64,000 bases of DNA from Acidimicrobiia bacterium (GTDB taxonomy: Bacteria > Actinomycetota > Acidimicrobiia > Spongiisociales > ZC4RG35), in assembly GCA_965203555.1 (NCBI GenBank), contig CBDBCY010000004.1, forward strand, positions 864,001 through 928,000, written 5' to 3'. Position numbers and translations under genes: made by a program. The notes under the pieces were generated by a model. The model had not been told where the DNA came from. It made no database searches and was given only the letters and a program-made list of their open reading frames with translations. How positions within the stretch are numbered: position 1 is the stretch's first letter; the number at the start of each line of letters is the position of its first letter. Positions 9,806-19,432 of this stretch are shown piece after piece.

Positions 9806-11329
9806 ATGGCCCGAACGACCTACCCCCCCTGGCCCACCGAGATGCGGTCCGTTTTCTTCGACAACGAAGACATAGCTTCGACCGCCACCCTGAGAAGGGC
9901 CGTGGCCGAGGAACGGATACGCCGCTTGGCGCCTCGACTCTATACGGCGGATCTGAAAAGTGATGCTGCTGAAATAGTGGTGGAGAACCGCTGGTTCATC
10001 CTGGGCCGCCTGCTGCCGGGTGCGCTCATAGTGGACCGTTCGGCGGCCGAAGGGGGTCGAGTGGTGAACGGCTTTCTGTTCGTAGCCTCTGAGGAAAGGC
10101 GTACGCCTATCCGGTTACCCGGTCTGGTCGTACACGTTCGTAACGGGAGACCGGTCGATGAACCGACAGAAGACCCGATGTGGGCAGAGGGTCTGAGGAT
10201 GTCCAGTCCGGCTCGAACTCTGGTGGACAACATGGCAGTGTCACGTCGTCGGGGAAAGCGACCTGCTCGAACCTTGTCGCCGAGCGAACTGGAAGATTGG
10301 CTGGCTCGGAAAGCCCTGGTCTGGGGACCGAAGCGTATATCGCGCCTTCGCGGCAACGCAGTGGCGATGGCTGAAGTTCTGGATGCACCGGATCGCGTTG
10401 AGAACATCAAACGCATCTTCGAGCAATTGGCTGGTCAGAGACCACCCAGCCCTGCCGCCGGTAGGTATTTCAGAGCGGTAGTCAAAGGTCGAGCCTGGGA
10501 CGAGCGGCGGATGGGGATGTTTCAACGATTAGTAGAAGGGCTCAATAAATACGACGATCCCGACCTGCCGGATTGGTTGCCTGCGGAGCCCTCTCCCGGG
10601 GAATTGCCTTTCTTCGAAAGCTACTTCTCGAACTACATCGAAGGAACAATCTTCACAGTGAACGAGGCCCGGCATATCGTGGAGAGCCAAGAGCCTCCAG
10701 CAACCCGCGCCGCCGATGGACACGACATACTGGGGACCCATCGCTGTGTCGTAGATCCTGTTGGCCGCAAGGCCGTCTCCGAAAAACCAGAGGAGATCGT
10801 CAGCCACCTCTGCAAACGTCACGAAACGATCATGGCCGTCGGACGACCGGAGTTGCTGCCCGGTCTATGGAAACACGAAAACAACCAGGCGGGAGGGTAT
10901 GTGTTCGTGGCTCCCAACCTGGTGGAGGGTACTCTCATGAAGGGTCTTGAACTCGTCTCCTCGGTTCCCGCCGGATTCCGGCGAGCCCTGTACGTGATGA
11001 TGGTGACCCTTGAAGTTCATCCCTTCATCGACGGAAACGGGCGGGTGGCCCGCGTGATGATGAACGCCGAACTTTCGGCAGCCAACCTGGCGCGGATCGT
11101 CATACCCAGCGTTTATCGCCGCGAATACCTCGGTGGGATACGGAGAGCCTCACTGTCGGACGGAGAGCACATCGGCAGCCTGGTCAAGGTAATGAGCTTT
11201 GCCTGGCGGTGGACCGCTGCCATGCCCTGGGAGGATCGGGCGGCTACCGAAGGGCAGTTGAAGGCCACCAACGCATTGCTGGACCCGGATGAAACCCCGA
11301 TGGGTGGCATCCGCTTGGAATTGCCCTGA
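9806..11329 (+). CDS. Fic family protein with an N-terminal AbiEi-like (wHTH) region
   Basis: Canonical HPFIDGNGRVAR and SNYIEG; N-terminal 'RRAVAEERIRRLAPRLYT' and 'SSPARTLVD' resemble AbiEi antitoxin motifs. Confidence 0.85.
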   Translation: MARTTYPPWPTEMRSVFFDNEDIASTATLRRAVAEERIRRLAPRLYTADLKSDAAEIVVENRWFILGRLLPGALIVDRSAAEGGRVVNGFLFVASEERRTPIRLPGLVVHVRNGRPVDEPTEDPMWAEGLRMSSPARTLVDNMAVSRRRGKRPARTLSPSELEDWLARKALVWGPKRISRLRGNAVAMAEVLDAPDRVENIKRIFEQLAGQRPPSPAAGRYFRAVVKGRAWDERRMGMFQRLVEGLNKYDDPDLPDWLPAEPSPGELPFFESYFSNYIEGTIFTVNEARHIVESQEPPATRAADGHDILGTHRCVVDPVGRKAVSEKPEEIVSHLCKRHETIMAVGRPELLPGLWKHENNQAGGYVFVAPNLVEGTLMKGLELVSSVPAGFRRALYVMMVTLEVHPFIDGNGRVARVMMNAELSAANLARIVIPSVYRREYLGGIRRASLSDGEHIGSLVKVMSFAWRWTAAMPWEDRAATEGQLKATNALLDPDETPMGGIRLELP

Positions 11330-11527
11330 AGAACCGGGCGCCATTTCTGGTCCGATGGGAGGTTCGTTGCCCCGGCTCGACTCCTCGACACTGCGGCCTC
11401 CTCCGACCGGACAAGCCATCCGAGTAGCAGGGAATGGCCTGCGGACAGTCGGATCGTCCTGGAGCAGACGGGACTCTCGGCGGCGCCTCGTCCGCATCGT
11501 TCCGGTGGACGACGAACACGGCTCGGA

Positions 11528-12904
11528 TCAACCGGCGGGCAGGATCCATGCGGATGGCGCCAGGTTGCGAGGTTGGGACAGGAGGTCCACTGAGGGGTCG
11601 ACAATCCGTCGAGCGGGGCGTCCGTTCATCGACACCCAGGCATCGGCTCGCACCTCGAGATCTTCAAACCCCTGTCGTTGATAGTGATCGGCTATGAGAC
11701 GAGCCGTGGCGTGGATCAGATCAGGCCGCACGTTGGCCTGCCCGGTCTGCCAATCGGTCAAGACAAGCTCGGGTCCGGTCAGCCAGGTATGTCCTCCGGA
11801 AGTATCGGTAACTCGATACTCGACGTACCCCGTCTTCTCGGTGAGCATGACCCGCCATGACCAGTAGTAACCCTCCTCGGTCCATCTCACGTTCCCGGTG
11901 TAGGCGTAGTGTCGCAGCGGCAGCAGCACCTGGAACAAAGCCAAGGCGACCAAAAGCACCACAGCCGGTCGGGTGATCCTTGCCGTTGCACCAGGCGCCG
12001 CTGCTCTCGCCTTGGACCCTGGTCGGATTGCTCGCCACGCCTTTACGGGCCAGTCGGGGCCGAAAAACACCAGACCACTCACGATCATCACCCACGGAAA
12101 CACCCCTATCCGGAACATCACTCCGGTGGCTAGATGAAACCCGACCAGCGCCATGTACGCCCACGGACGGCTGCGACGCCACAGCAGCCAGGCCACGATG
12201 GTGCAGTCGAAAAAGGCGCCCCCCCAACTGGCCAGGTAGGCGACCACCGGCTCATCGAGAAGGGGCCCGATGATCGGAAGATGGGTGCGGTCGGCCAGCC
12301 ACAGCCGCAGCGGTTGGGCTCTCAGCAGCCAATCTCCGTTGAGTTTGGCCAACCCGGCGAAGGCATAGAGCAGACCCAACTGCCCCCGGAGCACCCAGAC
12401 CACCGCCGCCGACACGGTCGCTCTCGCCTCCACCCGACCTGCCCGGGCGTCGAGCGACCAGCGATGGTGCACGGGGAGGAGCACCAACAGCACTGCGGCC
12501 AGCGTGACGAACCAGTAGTGGTTCAGATACAGGACCGCGTCGATCAATTCCGTGTAGGTGAATCCCACCGCATACAACGCCGCGGCCAGCCGATGCCGGT
12601 ACCCCAAGGCCACACAGATCCCCAGAAGAGCCAGCACCACCATGAGAAGGTGCATCCACGGAGCGGGAAGCGGGTGAACCCAGTCGAAGCCCGGATAACT
12701 CAGATGATTGGTAGGCGCGAGATAGAGGCTGTCCACCCAGCCGCGGGCCAGAAAACGGACTGAACCGAAGGTCGCCACCACCCCGAAGCCGATACGAAAG
12801 ACTGCCACCGAGTCGGCAGCCACCGGCCGCCGGGCCGCAGCGCCGAGTCGCGCCAGAAAATCCGACAGGGGTCGGGCTTCAACCGGAACTGTCGCCGTCG
12901 GCAT
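11528..12904 (-). CDS. HTTM domain / vitamin K-dependent gamma-carboxylase-like protein
   Basis: FRIGFG, YLNHYW, YAFAGLAKLNGDW, FHL..MFRIGVFPW and WTEEGYYWSWRVML motifs; start overlaps the upstream imelysin stop. Confidence 0.9.
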   Translation of the reverse strand: MPTATVPVEARPLSDFLARLGAAARRPVAADSVAVFRIGFGVVATFGSVRFLARGWVDSLYLAPTNHLSYPGFDWVHPLPAPWMHLLMVVLALLGICVALGYRHRLAAALYAVGFTYTELIDAVLYLNHYWFVTLAAVLLVLLPVHHRWSLDARAGRVEARATVSAAVVWVLRGQLGLLYAFAGLAKLNGDWLLRAQPLRLWLADRTHLPIIGPLLDEPVVAYLASWGGAFFDCTIVAWLLWRRSRPWAYMALVGFHLATGVMFRIGVFPWVMIVSGLVFFGPDWPVKAWRAIRPGSKARAAAPGATARITRPAVVLLVALALFQVLLPLRHYAYTGNVRWTEEGYYWSWRVMLTEKTGYVEYRVTDTSGGHTWLTGPELVLTDWQTGQANVRPDLIHATARLIADHYQRQGFEDLEVRADAWVSMNGRPARRIVDPSVDLLSQPRNLAPSAWILPAG

Positions 12905-13928
12905 CGCTGAACCCGAGGGCCACTCCCAATTGGGCGATCACCTCGGTGGCCACGCTGATCTGCACGGCTTTCACGGCATCCCGGGCGGCTGCGACCACGG
13001 CGGGAGTGTCGACCACGGCCTGCCGCAGGGGTGGTCGGATAGCCTCCACGGCGTCAAGGGCGGCAATCATCTGCGTTGAGAGCCGTTCCGCCAGGTCTTC
13101 GGTCAACAGGGCGTCCAGCCCGGAATCGAGGTCCTGCCCGATCAATACCGATTGCAAGCCGAGCAAACGTTCCAGAAGGTCAGTCACCCCACCGCCCGCC
13201 TCACCTTCCTGGATGGCTTCCAGTTTGGGTGAACGGCCCATCACTCCCAGGGCAGAACCCAATTCCAGGTCGGTGACGGATTCGAGAAGGAAGAAGGCGT
13301 CGTTTACCAACGAGTCCAACCCGTCGCCGTCGGCAACGCTGAACGTTTCCCGGTAGGGAGCGCCTCCCTCCCGGCCGGTGGTCCAGTCGGAGAGAAGCAG
13401 GTCGGCCTGGTCGGCAATGATCTCCGAGACGGTTTGCAGGTATTCGCACCTGCGGGGATCCTGCAGCGCAGCCAGTGGGTCGTCTCCGGCGTGGAGAACG
13501 TACTCCAACCCATCCAGGCCCCGCTGATCGGATCCGATGCGGGTGGCCAGGCGCTCGAAGTCCAACCCGACAGAAGTGTCGGAAATCATATCCTCGATCT
13601 GGTCGGGGTCCACCGGCCACCGGACCACCGACCAGGACCGCCGTTCCATCACCGGACCCACCCACATCGCCTGGGCGCCCACCCAAGCCTGGCGTGCGGA
13701 ATCCACCGCGGTCCGCGAAGCGGCCAGCCCCGCACTGTCCGGGGCTTCACAGAATCCACCGATGGTGGAGTACATGTGGGAAGCAGCGGCTTGGAACCGC
13801 TCGTAAGCGGGGATGATCGCCTCGCCAGCCAAATCGTCCAGGATCTCCGGACGGCTCGGGGCTCCCGCGCAGGAAGCCGCCAAAACCGCGAACGCAACCA
13901 GTGTCCCGACCGGGCGTCGGAGGTTCAC
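12879..13928 (-). CDS. Imelysin family lipoprotein (His-less variant)
   Basis: LAASC lipobox, ARQAW, RGLDGLEYVL, C-terminal LGFSDADGD typical of the second imelysin of IrpA-DHOR clusters. Confidence 0.85.
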   Translation of the reverse strand: MNLRRPVGTLVAFAVLAASCAGAPSRPEILDDLAGEAIIPAYERFQAAASHMYSTIGGFCEAPDSAGLAASRTAVDSARQAWVGAQAMWVGPVMERRSWSVVRWPVDPDQIEDMISDTSVGLDFERLATRIGSDQRGLDGLEYVLHAGDDPLAALQDPRRCEYLQTVSEIIADQADLLLSDWTTGREGGAPYRETFSVADGDGLDSLVNDAFFLLESVTDLELGSALGVMGRSPKLEAIQEGEAGGGVTDLLERLLGLQSVLIGQDLDSGLDALLTEDLAERLSTQMIAALDAVEAIRPPLRQAVVDTPAVVAAARDAVKAVQISVATEVIAQLGVALGFSDADGDSSG

Positions 13929-15310
13929 AATGCCTCCAAAAAAGCCACCAAATCAGCCCGGTCCTCGGCATCGGCCATCCTGAACGCCTCGCGGGAAGCT
14001 TCAGCCTCTCCGCCGTGCCACAGTATGGCTTCCTCCAAGGTCCTGGCCCGGCCGTCATGCAGAAGGAACCGATACCCCTGGACATCGTCAACAAGTCCGA
14101 GACCCCACAGCGGCGGGGTGCGCCACTCGCTACCGCTGGCCGCGAAATCTTCCCTGTTATCAGCCAGACCCGGTCCCATGTCGTGCAGCAACAGATCAGT
14201 GTAGGGATGAATGGTCTGGTTGGAGAGGGTCAAAAGGTCCACTGTTCCGGTCTGGTGGGTGGGAGTGTGACAGGCCGCACACCCAAAGTCCGCAAACAAC
14301 TGCGCGCCGGCCCGCACCGGGGCAGTCTCATGTCCCCGCATGGCGGGAACCGCCAGGGTGCGGATGTACAGGACCACAAACGCCAGGCGGGAGTCGGTTA
14401 TCTCAGGCGTGCCTCCGTGAGGAGCGGCGGAGCAATCTCGTTGGACGGGCCTGCAGTTCTCTTCGGGGTGCAGAACCGAAGTTATCCCGATGTCGCCGTG
14501 AAACGCTCCGGCGGCCTGCTGCTCGGCGGTGGCGACATTGGCCTTCCATCCAAACCGGCCCAGGGTATGGGTTCCCGCCCTGGCATCCCAAACCACATTG
14601 GCCCGGCCGGAGATGCCGTCGCCGTCGGCGTCATCGGGGTCGGCGGCGGCCAATATCGATTCGGCGGGAATAGCTTCCAGCAACCCTATTCCCACCACCT
14701 GCTGTGCCAAACGGGAACTGGTACGCACATTTTCCGCCAGGGGACCGAAGGCGAGATCGACGATCTCGTATGTCGGCGCCCGCAGCTCGAATTCGCTGCC
14801 GTCGCCGTAGGCGCCGACGATGTACTCGTAGGTCACGTTCAATGTCCCTTCGGCAGGCACCCCCAGAACGGACCGATCCTGCAACTGGCCACCGTACACC
14901 GGATCCGGCAGCGGCGCACCGGTGACGGGGTCTGCACCGGGAACCGAGAGCCTGACGAGCAGACCCAGACGCGTCTGCGCTCCGGTGGGATCGGGAGGAA
15001 GTCCTCGTCCGTCCAGCAGGTGACAGGACGCACAAGCTTGAGCATTGAAGACTGGACCCAGCCCGTCCCTGGCCTCGGTGGAAGCCGGAGCGGAAACCCA
15101 GTTCTGGGTAAAGAAACTGTCCCCTACCTCGAACAGCCGGCGTTCTTCGTTGGACAGTTGGGGCGCCGGCAGGCTAAACGAGTTCCTGGAGACATCGCTG
15201 CGCGTGGTATCACCGCCCAGTTTGGGGTCCAGAACCAAATCATCGGCGCTGCAGGCACCGGCCAGCAGGACAAAGCCCACCACGATCAACGGAGTAACCC
15301 GATGGGCCAC
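13925..15310 (-). CDS. Di-heme oxidoreductase (DHOR) family lipoprotein
   Basis: Two CxxCH motifs (CASCH, CAACH), DGLGPVFN, GRFGWKA, DLLLHDMG, WRTPPLWG, LHDGRA. Confidence 0.92.
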   Translation of the reverse strand: MAHRVTPLIVVGFVLLAGACSADDLVLDPKLGGDTTRSDVSRNSFSLPAPQLSNEERRLFEVGDSFFTQNWVSAPASTEARDGLGPVFNAQACASCHLLDGRGLPPDPTGAQTRLGLLVRLSVPGADPVTGAPLPDPVYGGQLQDRSVLGVPAEGTLNVTYEYIVGAYGDGSEFELRAPTYEIVDLAFGPLAENVRTSSRLAQQVVGIGLLEAIPAESILAAADPDDADGDGISGRANVVWDARAGTHTLGRFGWKANVATAEQQAAGAFHGDIGITSVLHPEENCRPVQRDCSAAPHGGTPEITDSRLAFVVLYIRTLAVPAMRGHETAPVRAGAQLFADFGCAACHTPTHQTGTVDLLTLSNQTIHPYTDLLLHDMGPGLADNREDFAASGSEWRTPPLWGLGLVDDVQGYRFLLHDGRARTLEEAILWHGGEAEASREAFRMADAEDRADLVAFLEAL

Positions 15311-15373
15311 CTCTAGCCGATCCGGCCGATACCTGGCAACTCCTTCACCTTTTCGAAAAAGCCAAGTCTCGTA

Positions 15374-16555
15374 TCAGCTGACCTCTATGGCAATGCCGAG
15401 GGCATCCGCGGCAGCCACGATGGTGTCGGTCTGGGTTTCCAGGGCCTCGATGGTAGAGAGCACCTGCTGGCGACCGGGATCGTTGTCCGACACCCCGTCC
15501 CGGAGGTGCTGATCAAACGGCGCCGGAATGGCCCGGGCGGCATTGATGCTGACCGCTACCTCTCCTCTGAGCTGCTGGGCCAGTTCACTGTCGGCCGCAG
15601 CAATGACATCGAGCAGGCCGGTGCCGGAGACACCGCCCGGGTAGCTGCCCAGCAGCACCATCTCCACGCCACGGGCGTTGCCAATAATGTCAACCGTGGT
15701 GTTGTCCGAGAAGCAGGAATGTTCATCCTCCTGGGAACGCTCCAGATACGCAACGCTCATACGCTCGCCGGCCAATTCGCCACGAGACATCTCGCCGATA
15801 CCGGTGAAGGCCAGCCTGAGTGCGTCGGAGGAGTCCATTGCCTCGAAACCGGCCCGGTAGTTGTTCTGCCCCGGCGCCCAGGCAACCACCAGTTCTTCGA
15901 GATGGGCCACCAATTGATCTGTCACCGCAGCCAGATAGGCTGCTCGGCGATCAGCGTTGGCGGCGGTGGTGTAGTCCTCCACCGGACGATCGCCGGGACC
16001 GTTCTCATTCATGTCCTGACCCCATAGCAGGAATTCGATGGCATGCCAGCCCGTCGACACGTTGGCCTCGCCACCCTGCTCGTTCAACTCCACCAGGAGG
16101 TCGGCGGTGATTTCCGGATAGGCGCCCGGATCGTTGATGATCCCGGTTCCCGAGTCTCCTTCGACATAGTCGATGTAACCCTCGTCCAAGGGCCAGGCGT
16201 TTATGAGACCTTCGGTACCGGTCTCCTCGTTGTCGATGGGACCCCCATAGAAACGGAACACTTCTGTTGGACCGTAGTCCACCCTGGCCACCAACCAGGC
16301 CTGGCGCGCTGCGTCCAGGGTGGCCTGGGAGGGGGAGTCCAGGAAGGCGTCGATAGCTGAGTCCATGGCCCTCGCCGAGAAGAGACTGGCCTGATAAGCC
16401 GAGTGCACGCCGGCGGCATAGGTTGCCGCGGCGTCATCAAGCACAGCCTCGTCGACCGACGAATCATCGGCGCAGGCGGACAGCGTCAGGGCAATGGCTG
16501 CAACCAGGGACAAGAGGCGGACAAGACTTAGCGAGTTTGTGTTAGTACGTAGCAT
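15374..16555 (-). CDS. Imelysin family iron-regulated lipoprotein (IrpA/LruB-like)
   Basis: LSAC lipobox, INAWPLDE, TGWHAIEFLLWGQD (GxHxxE), EDEHSCFSDNT. Confidence 0.92.
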   Translation of the reverse strand: MLRTNTNSLSLVRLLSLVAAIALTLSACADDSSVDEAVLDDAAATYAAGVHSAYQASLFSARAMDSAIDAFLDSPSQATLDAARQAWLVARVDYGPTEVFRFYGGPIDNEETGTEGLINAWPLDEGYIDYVEGDSGTGIINDPGAYPEITADLLVELNEQGGEANVSTGWHAIEFLLWGQDMNENGPGDRPVEDYTTAANADRRAAYLAAVTDQLVAHLEELVVAWAPGQNNYRAGFEAMDSSDALRLAFTGIGEMSRGELAGERMSVAYLERSQEDEHSCFSDNTTVDIIGNARGVEMVLLGSYPGGVSGTGLLDVIAAADSELAQQLRGEVAVSINAARAIPAPFDQHLRDGVSDNDPGRQQVLSTIEALETQTDTIVAAADALGIAIEVS

Positions 16556-16610
16556 ATTTTGCATAATAAACATTTTATAAAACATTTGCCAAATACCAAT
16601 AGTGTCAAAC
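16551..16610 (-). promoter_or_regulatory. AT-rich promoter/operator of the imelysin operon
   Basis: Very AT-rich patch in GC-rich DNA; minus strand contains TTGACA, TAAAAT, AAATGTTT twice (12-bp period) and the palindrome TTTTATAAAA. Confidence 0.5.
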
Positions 16611-16875
16611 CGCGACCCCATGAGGCAGGCTGGACTACAAACCCGGCCAGGAGCCTTTACGCCCGGTATTTCTGCCGGGAACAACGAAGAGCACTGACGT
16701 CAACTGTCTCTTCATTTTGGCCGAGAAGTTCTCGACACCAGGTTCGCGGTTCTCCGGGAAGGCCTGAGAAAGGCAAGAACTCTTCGATGAGTCCGGACCC
16801 CGCTGCCGTCGGGCGGCGCCGGAGGTCCCGTTCGCGCAGAACCCGGAGCCAGGACGGGGCGAACTCCGCCGGACG

Positions 16876-18147
16876 TCAGTCGCGGAGCCCGGGCAGGTCG
16901 GGGCCGAAACCCTGGCGGAAGTCGAACTCCTCAGTCTCCACCGTGGCGGCCCCCAGTTGCCGGCTGGCTTTCTCGGCGGCGATGATCATGCTCTTGGGGC
17001 CGCACAGCGCGACATGGCCGCCCCTGAGGCCGTCGGGTCCGAAGTGCTCAGCCAGAGTCGACTTCCCGAATCGTCGCCCCTCCGCGGAGGCGATGACCTG
17101 CAGACTGATTCTGCCCTCGGCGTGGGCCTTGCCGAGCAGGTCCATCCCCATCGCGTCAGCCCGGTTTCGCACGCAATAGAACAGCACGGGAGGATTGTCG
17201 GAGTCGGCAGGCATCATCGTCGAGTTGGACAAAAACGGTGTGATGCCCACGCCGCCGGCCACCCAGACGGTCGGGGCGTCGTTTTTGGATGTCTCGAACG
17301 TTCCGTACGGTCCTTCCACCAACACCTCGAGTCCGACCAGATCGGTGTCGTGGAGCTTCGCCGTCCAGTCGCCCAGCCGACGGATGAAAAAGCGCAGATG
17401 GCCCGAGCCGGGCGGCGCGGCGACAGTGAACACATGCGGCTCGGACAGTCCCCGCTTCTGGAACTTCAGGACTGCGAACTGCCCTGCGTGGTAGTCGAGA
17501 TGCCTGCCCACCGGCTCGAGGACGATATCCAGGGCCGTCCCCACCTTCGCCGCGGACACGACCCGGTATCGCAGGCCCCGAAAGATCATGTCGCGCACGA
17601 TCAGACGGTGGAGGCACGCGGCCATCCCGACGGCCATGATGGCGTTCAGGAGTATTCCCGCCCCCGACCAATTCTGAAAGGGCTTCTCGGCGGTGTACAC
17701 GTGCCACACGGCGAACGCGTACGGTACGCCGAACAACTTGTGGGTGAGGCGCCACCATCGGTACGGCATCCATCTGAGAATGCTGAACACGAACAGGACG
17801 AGGCTGATGATGACTGCCGCCGACGCCAACCCGAGCGCGGTGTCGGCAGTCGATTGAGCGACCTCCAGATAGCCGCCGCGGATGCCGGCCGAGCCAGCGT
17901 GGAACAGCATCGTGGGAATAGCCAGCGCGCCGGTCCAGCGATGCACCCGGTAAGCGCGGTCGAGACCGCCGAAAACAGGCTCCAACCACGGGATGCGAAC
18001 GGCCAACACGAAGCTCCAGGACATGAGCACCAGCGACATCGCGCCGATGGTCAGTCCCGACGCGCGGGCGTTGCCGCCGGGTCCCGAACCGCTCGACACC
18101 GCGATCGCCGACGCGAAGACCGACACCACCACGATCGACGGGCCCAC
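16876..18147 (-). CDS. Ferric reductase-like transmembrane / FAD-NAD(P)H oxidoreductase (NOX/FRE-like)
   Basis: C-terminal part of ORF 16876..19005; heme His pairs (VHRW..FH, THK..WH), HVFT FAD motif, LGDWT, EGPYG, AGGVGITPF, LCGP, EEF; start uncertain. Confidence 0.85.
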   Translation of the reverse strand: MGPSIVVVSVFASAIAVSSGSGPGGNARASGLTIGAMSLVLMSWSFVLAVRIPWLEPVFGGLDRAYRVHRWTGALAIPTMLFHAGSAGIRGGYLEVAQSTADTALGLASAAVIISLVLFVFSILRWMPYRWWRLTHKLFGVPYAFAVWHVYTAEKPFQNWSGAGILLNAIMAVGMAACLHRLIVRDMIFRGLRYRVVSAAKVGTALDIVLEPVGRHLDYHAGQFAVLKFQKRGLSEPHVFTVAAPPGSGHLRFFIRRLGDWTAKLHDTDLVGLEVLVEGPYGTFETSKNDAPTVWVAGGVGITPFLSNSTMMPADSDNPPVLFYCVRNRADAMGMDLLGKAHAEGRISLQVIASAEGRRFGKSTLAEHFGPDGLRGGHVALCGPKSMIIAAEKASRQLGAATVETEEFDFRQGFGPDLPGLRD

Positions 18148-18302
18148 CCACCCCAGATGCGGCCGCAGGATGCGGATGCTGGGAGCCTTCAGGCGCCAGT
18201 CCTGGCGACGCCCGAACAACCGCCGCAGTGGCGAGGGCCGCGAGCGGGCACGCGGCAGGGAGCGGGGATACCGGGCGGCATCGGCGACCATCCGACGTCG
18301 TT

Positions 18303-19100
18303 CTACTCTCGGCGAATGGTCCTGCGCCACGGGGACCAGCGGGTAGCAGCATAGGCCATGGCCTCGTCGGTGAGCAGCAACCGCGTCGAATTGCCGATGC
18401 GCACGTAGAAATCGGCGGCGCGGCGCCCGCCCGGAGGGTTGGCGAACACGGCCCGAGGATGCGGGTCGACGTCGATGCGGACCACGTTGTGCAATCCGCA
18501 CGGCGGGAACGAGACCCTGATCGAGGCCATCGCGGCACTGCCCAATGTGGATTGGAGCATGTCGGCCAGCCAGAGATGGTAGCGATCGAAGTCGGGCTGC
18601 TTCATGTGCTGCAGGTCGTCGTCGAGTCCTACCGGATGGCCGGCGTCGTCGACCCCGACCAGCAGTGTTCCGCCGCGGCTGTTCAGGAAGCCGGCCACGG
18701 TCTTGGCCACCGCCATCTCGATCCGGGCGTCCCGCCGGCCGGTGCGGACGTTGTGTCGTGCGGTCTGCTTGAACTCGACTTCTTCCGATTCCCCGGCGCC
18801 CAGGATCTCGCTTACGGACTTCGCCGAGCGCTTGGCAACCGCCGACGCCACCGCGGCGTAGACAGCGAGCACACCGACGGACCCGGCGACCGCCGACGCC
18901 ACCGACAGCACCGTCGGCTCGAATGCCGCGCTGCCGCTGAAAAGCGACAACAAGGTCGTTCCGACGCCTGCGCCGACCATGCCCACCAGGATGGTCTCGG
19001 CCCACGACAGCGACACCCGTCGCCTCAGCATCAGGCGAGCGACAGTGCCCAGCACCAGTCCGGCGAGAAGGAACCCGATCCAGGAGAACCCGCTCAGCAC
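18303..19100 (-). CDS. GlsB/YeaQ/YmgE-type membrane domain fused to a Schlafen (AlbA_2) domain
   Basis: N-terminal WIGFLLAGLVLGTVARLML...TILVGMVGAGVG (transglycosylase-associated pattern); C-terminal GESEEVEFK, FLNSRGGTLLVGVDD, FYVRIGNST. Confidence 0.85.
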   Translation of the reverse strand: MLSGFSWIGFLLAGLVLGTVARLMLRRRVSLSWAETILVGMVGAGVGTTLLSLFSGSAAFEPTVLSVASAVAGSVGVLAVYAAVASAVAKRSAKSVSEILGAGESEEVEFKQTARHNVRTGRRDARIEMAVAKTVAGFLNSRGGTLLVGVDDAGHPVGLDDDLQHMKQPDFDRYHLWLADMLQSTLGSAAMASIRVSFPPCGLHNVVRIDVDPHPRAVFANPPGGRRAADFYVRIGNSTRLLLTDEAMAYAATRWSPWRRTIRRE

Positions 19101-19432
19101 GGTCGACCCCCGGACGCGCCGACGACGGTACGGGCCGTCACGTCAGTGTCGTCGTCTCTTGGTTCTGTGCGCATCGCTAAGGACCTCATAGTGGTCCGGG
19201 CGTACTGTACCGCCAAACTCTTGTGAGAGGCTCGGGCTGTGAGGGGGGCTAGCAGCCTCACGAACAGCCACTGCCCTCCGGCGCAATCAAGTGGGAGCGC
19301 CGGCGCGCCGGTCACCGGTCGCGGTGAGGGCATCACTGCGATCGGCAACTCCGTCGGCGTCATAGTCCCTCACCCCCGAGTAACAACCAAGAGCGCCCAA
19401 GCAAACAGAGTCCTTCGCCTCGCCGGGAGAGG

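Noticed and set aside
16551-16610. Assignment as a Fur, Zur or IdeR/DtxR box
   Set aside because: AT-rich with repeats but does not convincingly match any of these consensus palindromes
16876-19005. 709-aa ORF as a single fusion protein
   Set aside because: The N-terminal ~280 aa is an off-frame read of the Schlafen-fusion gene (Arg-rich, no motifs); only the C-terminal reductase part is credible
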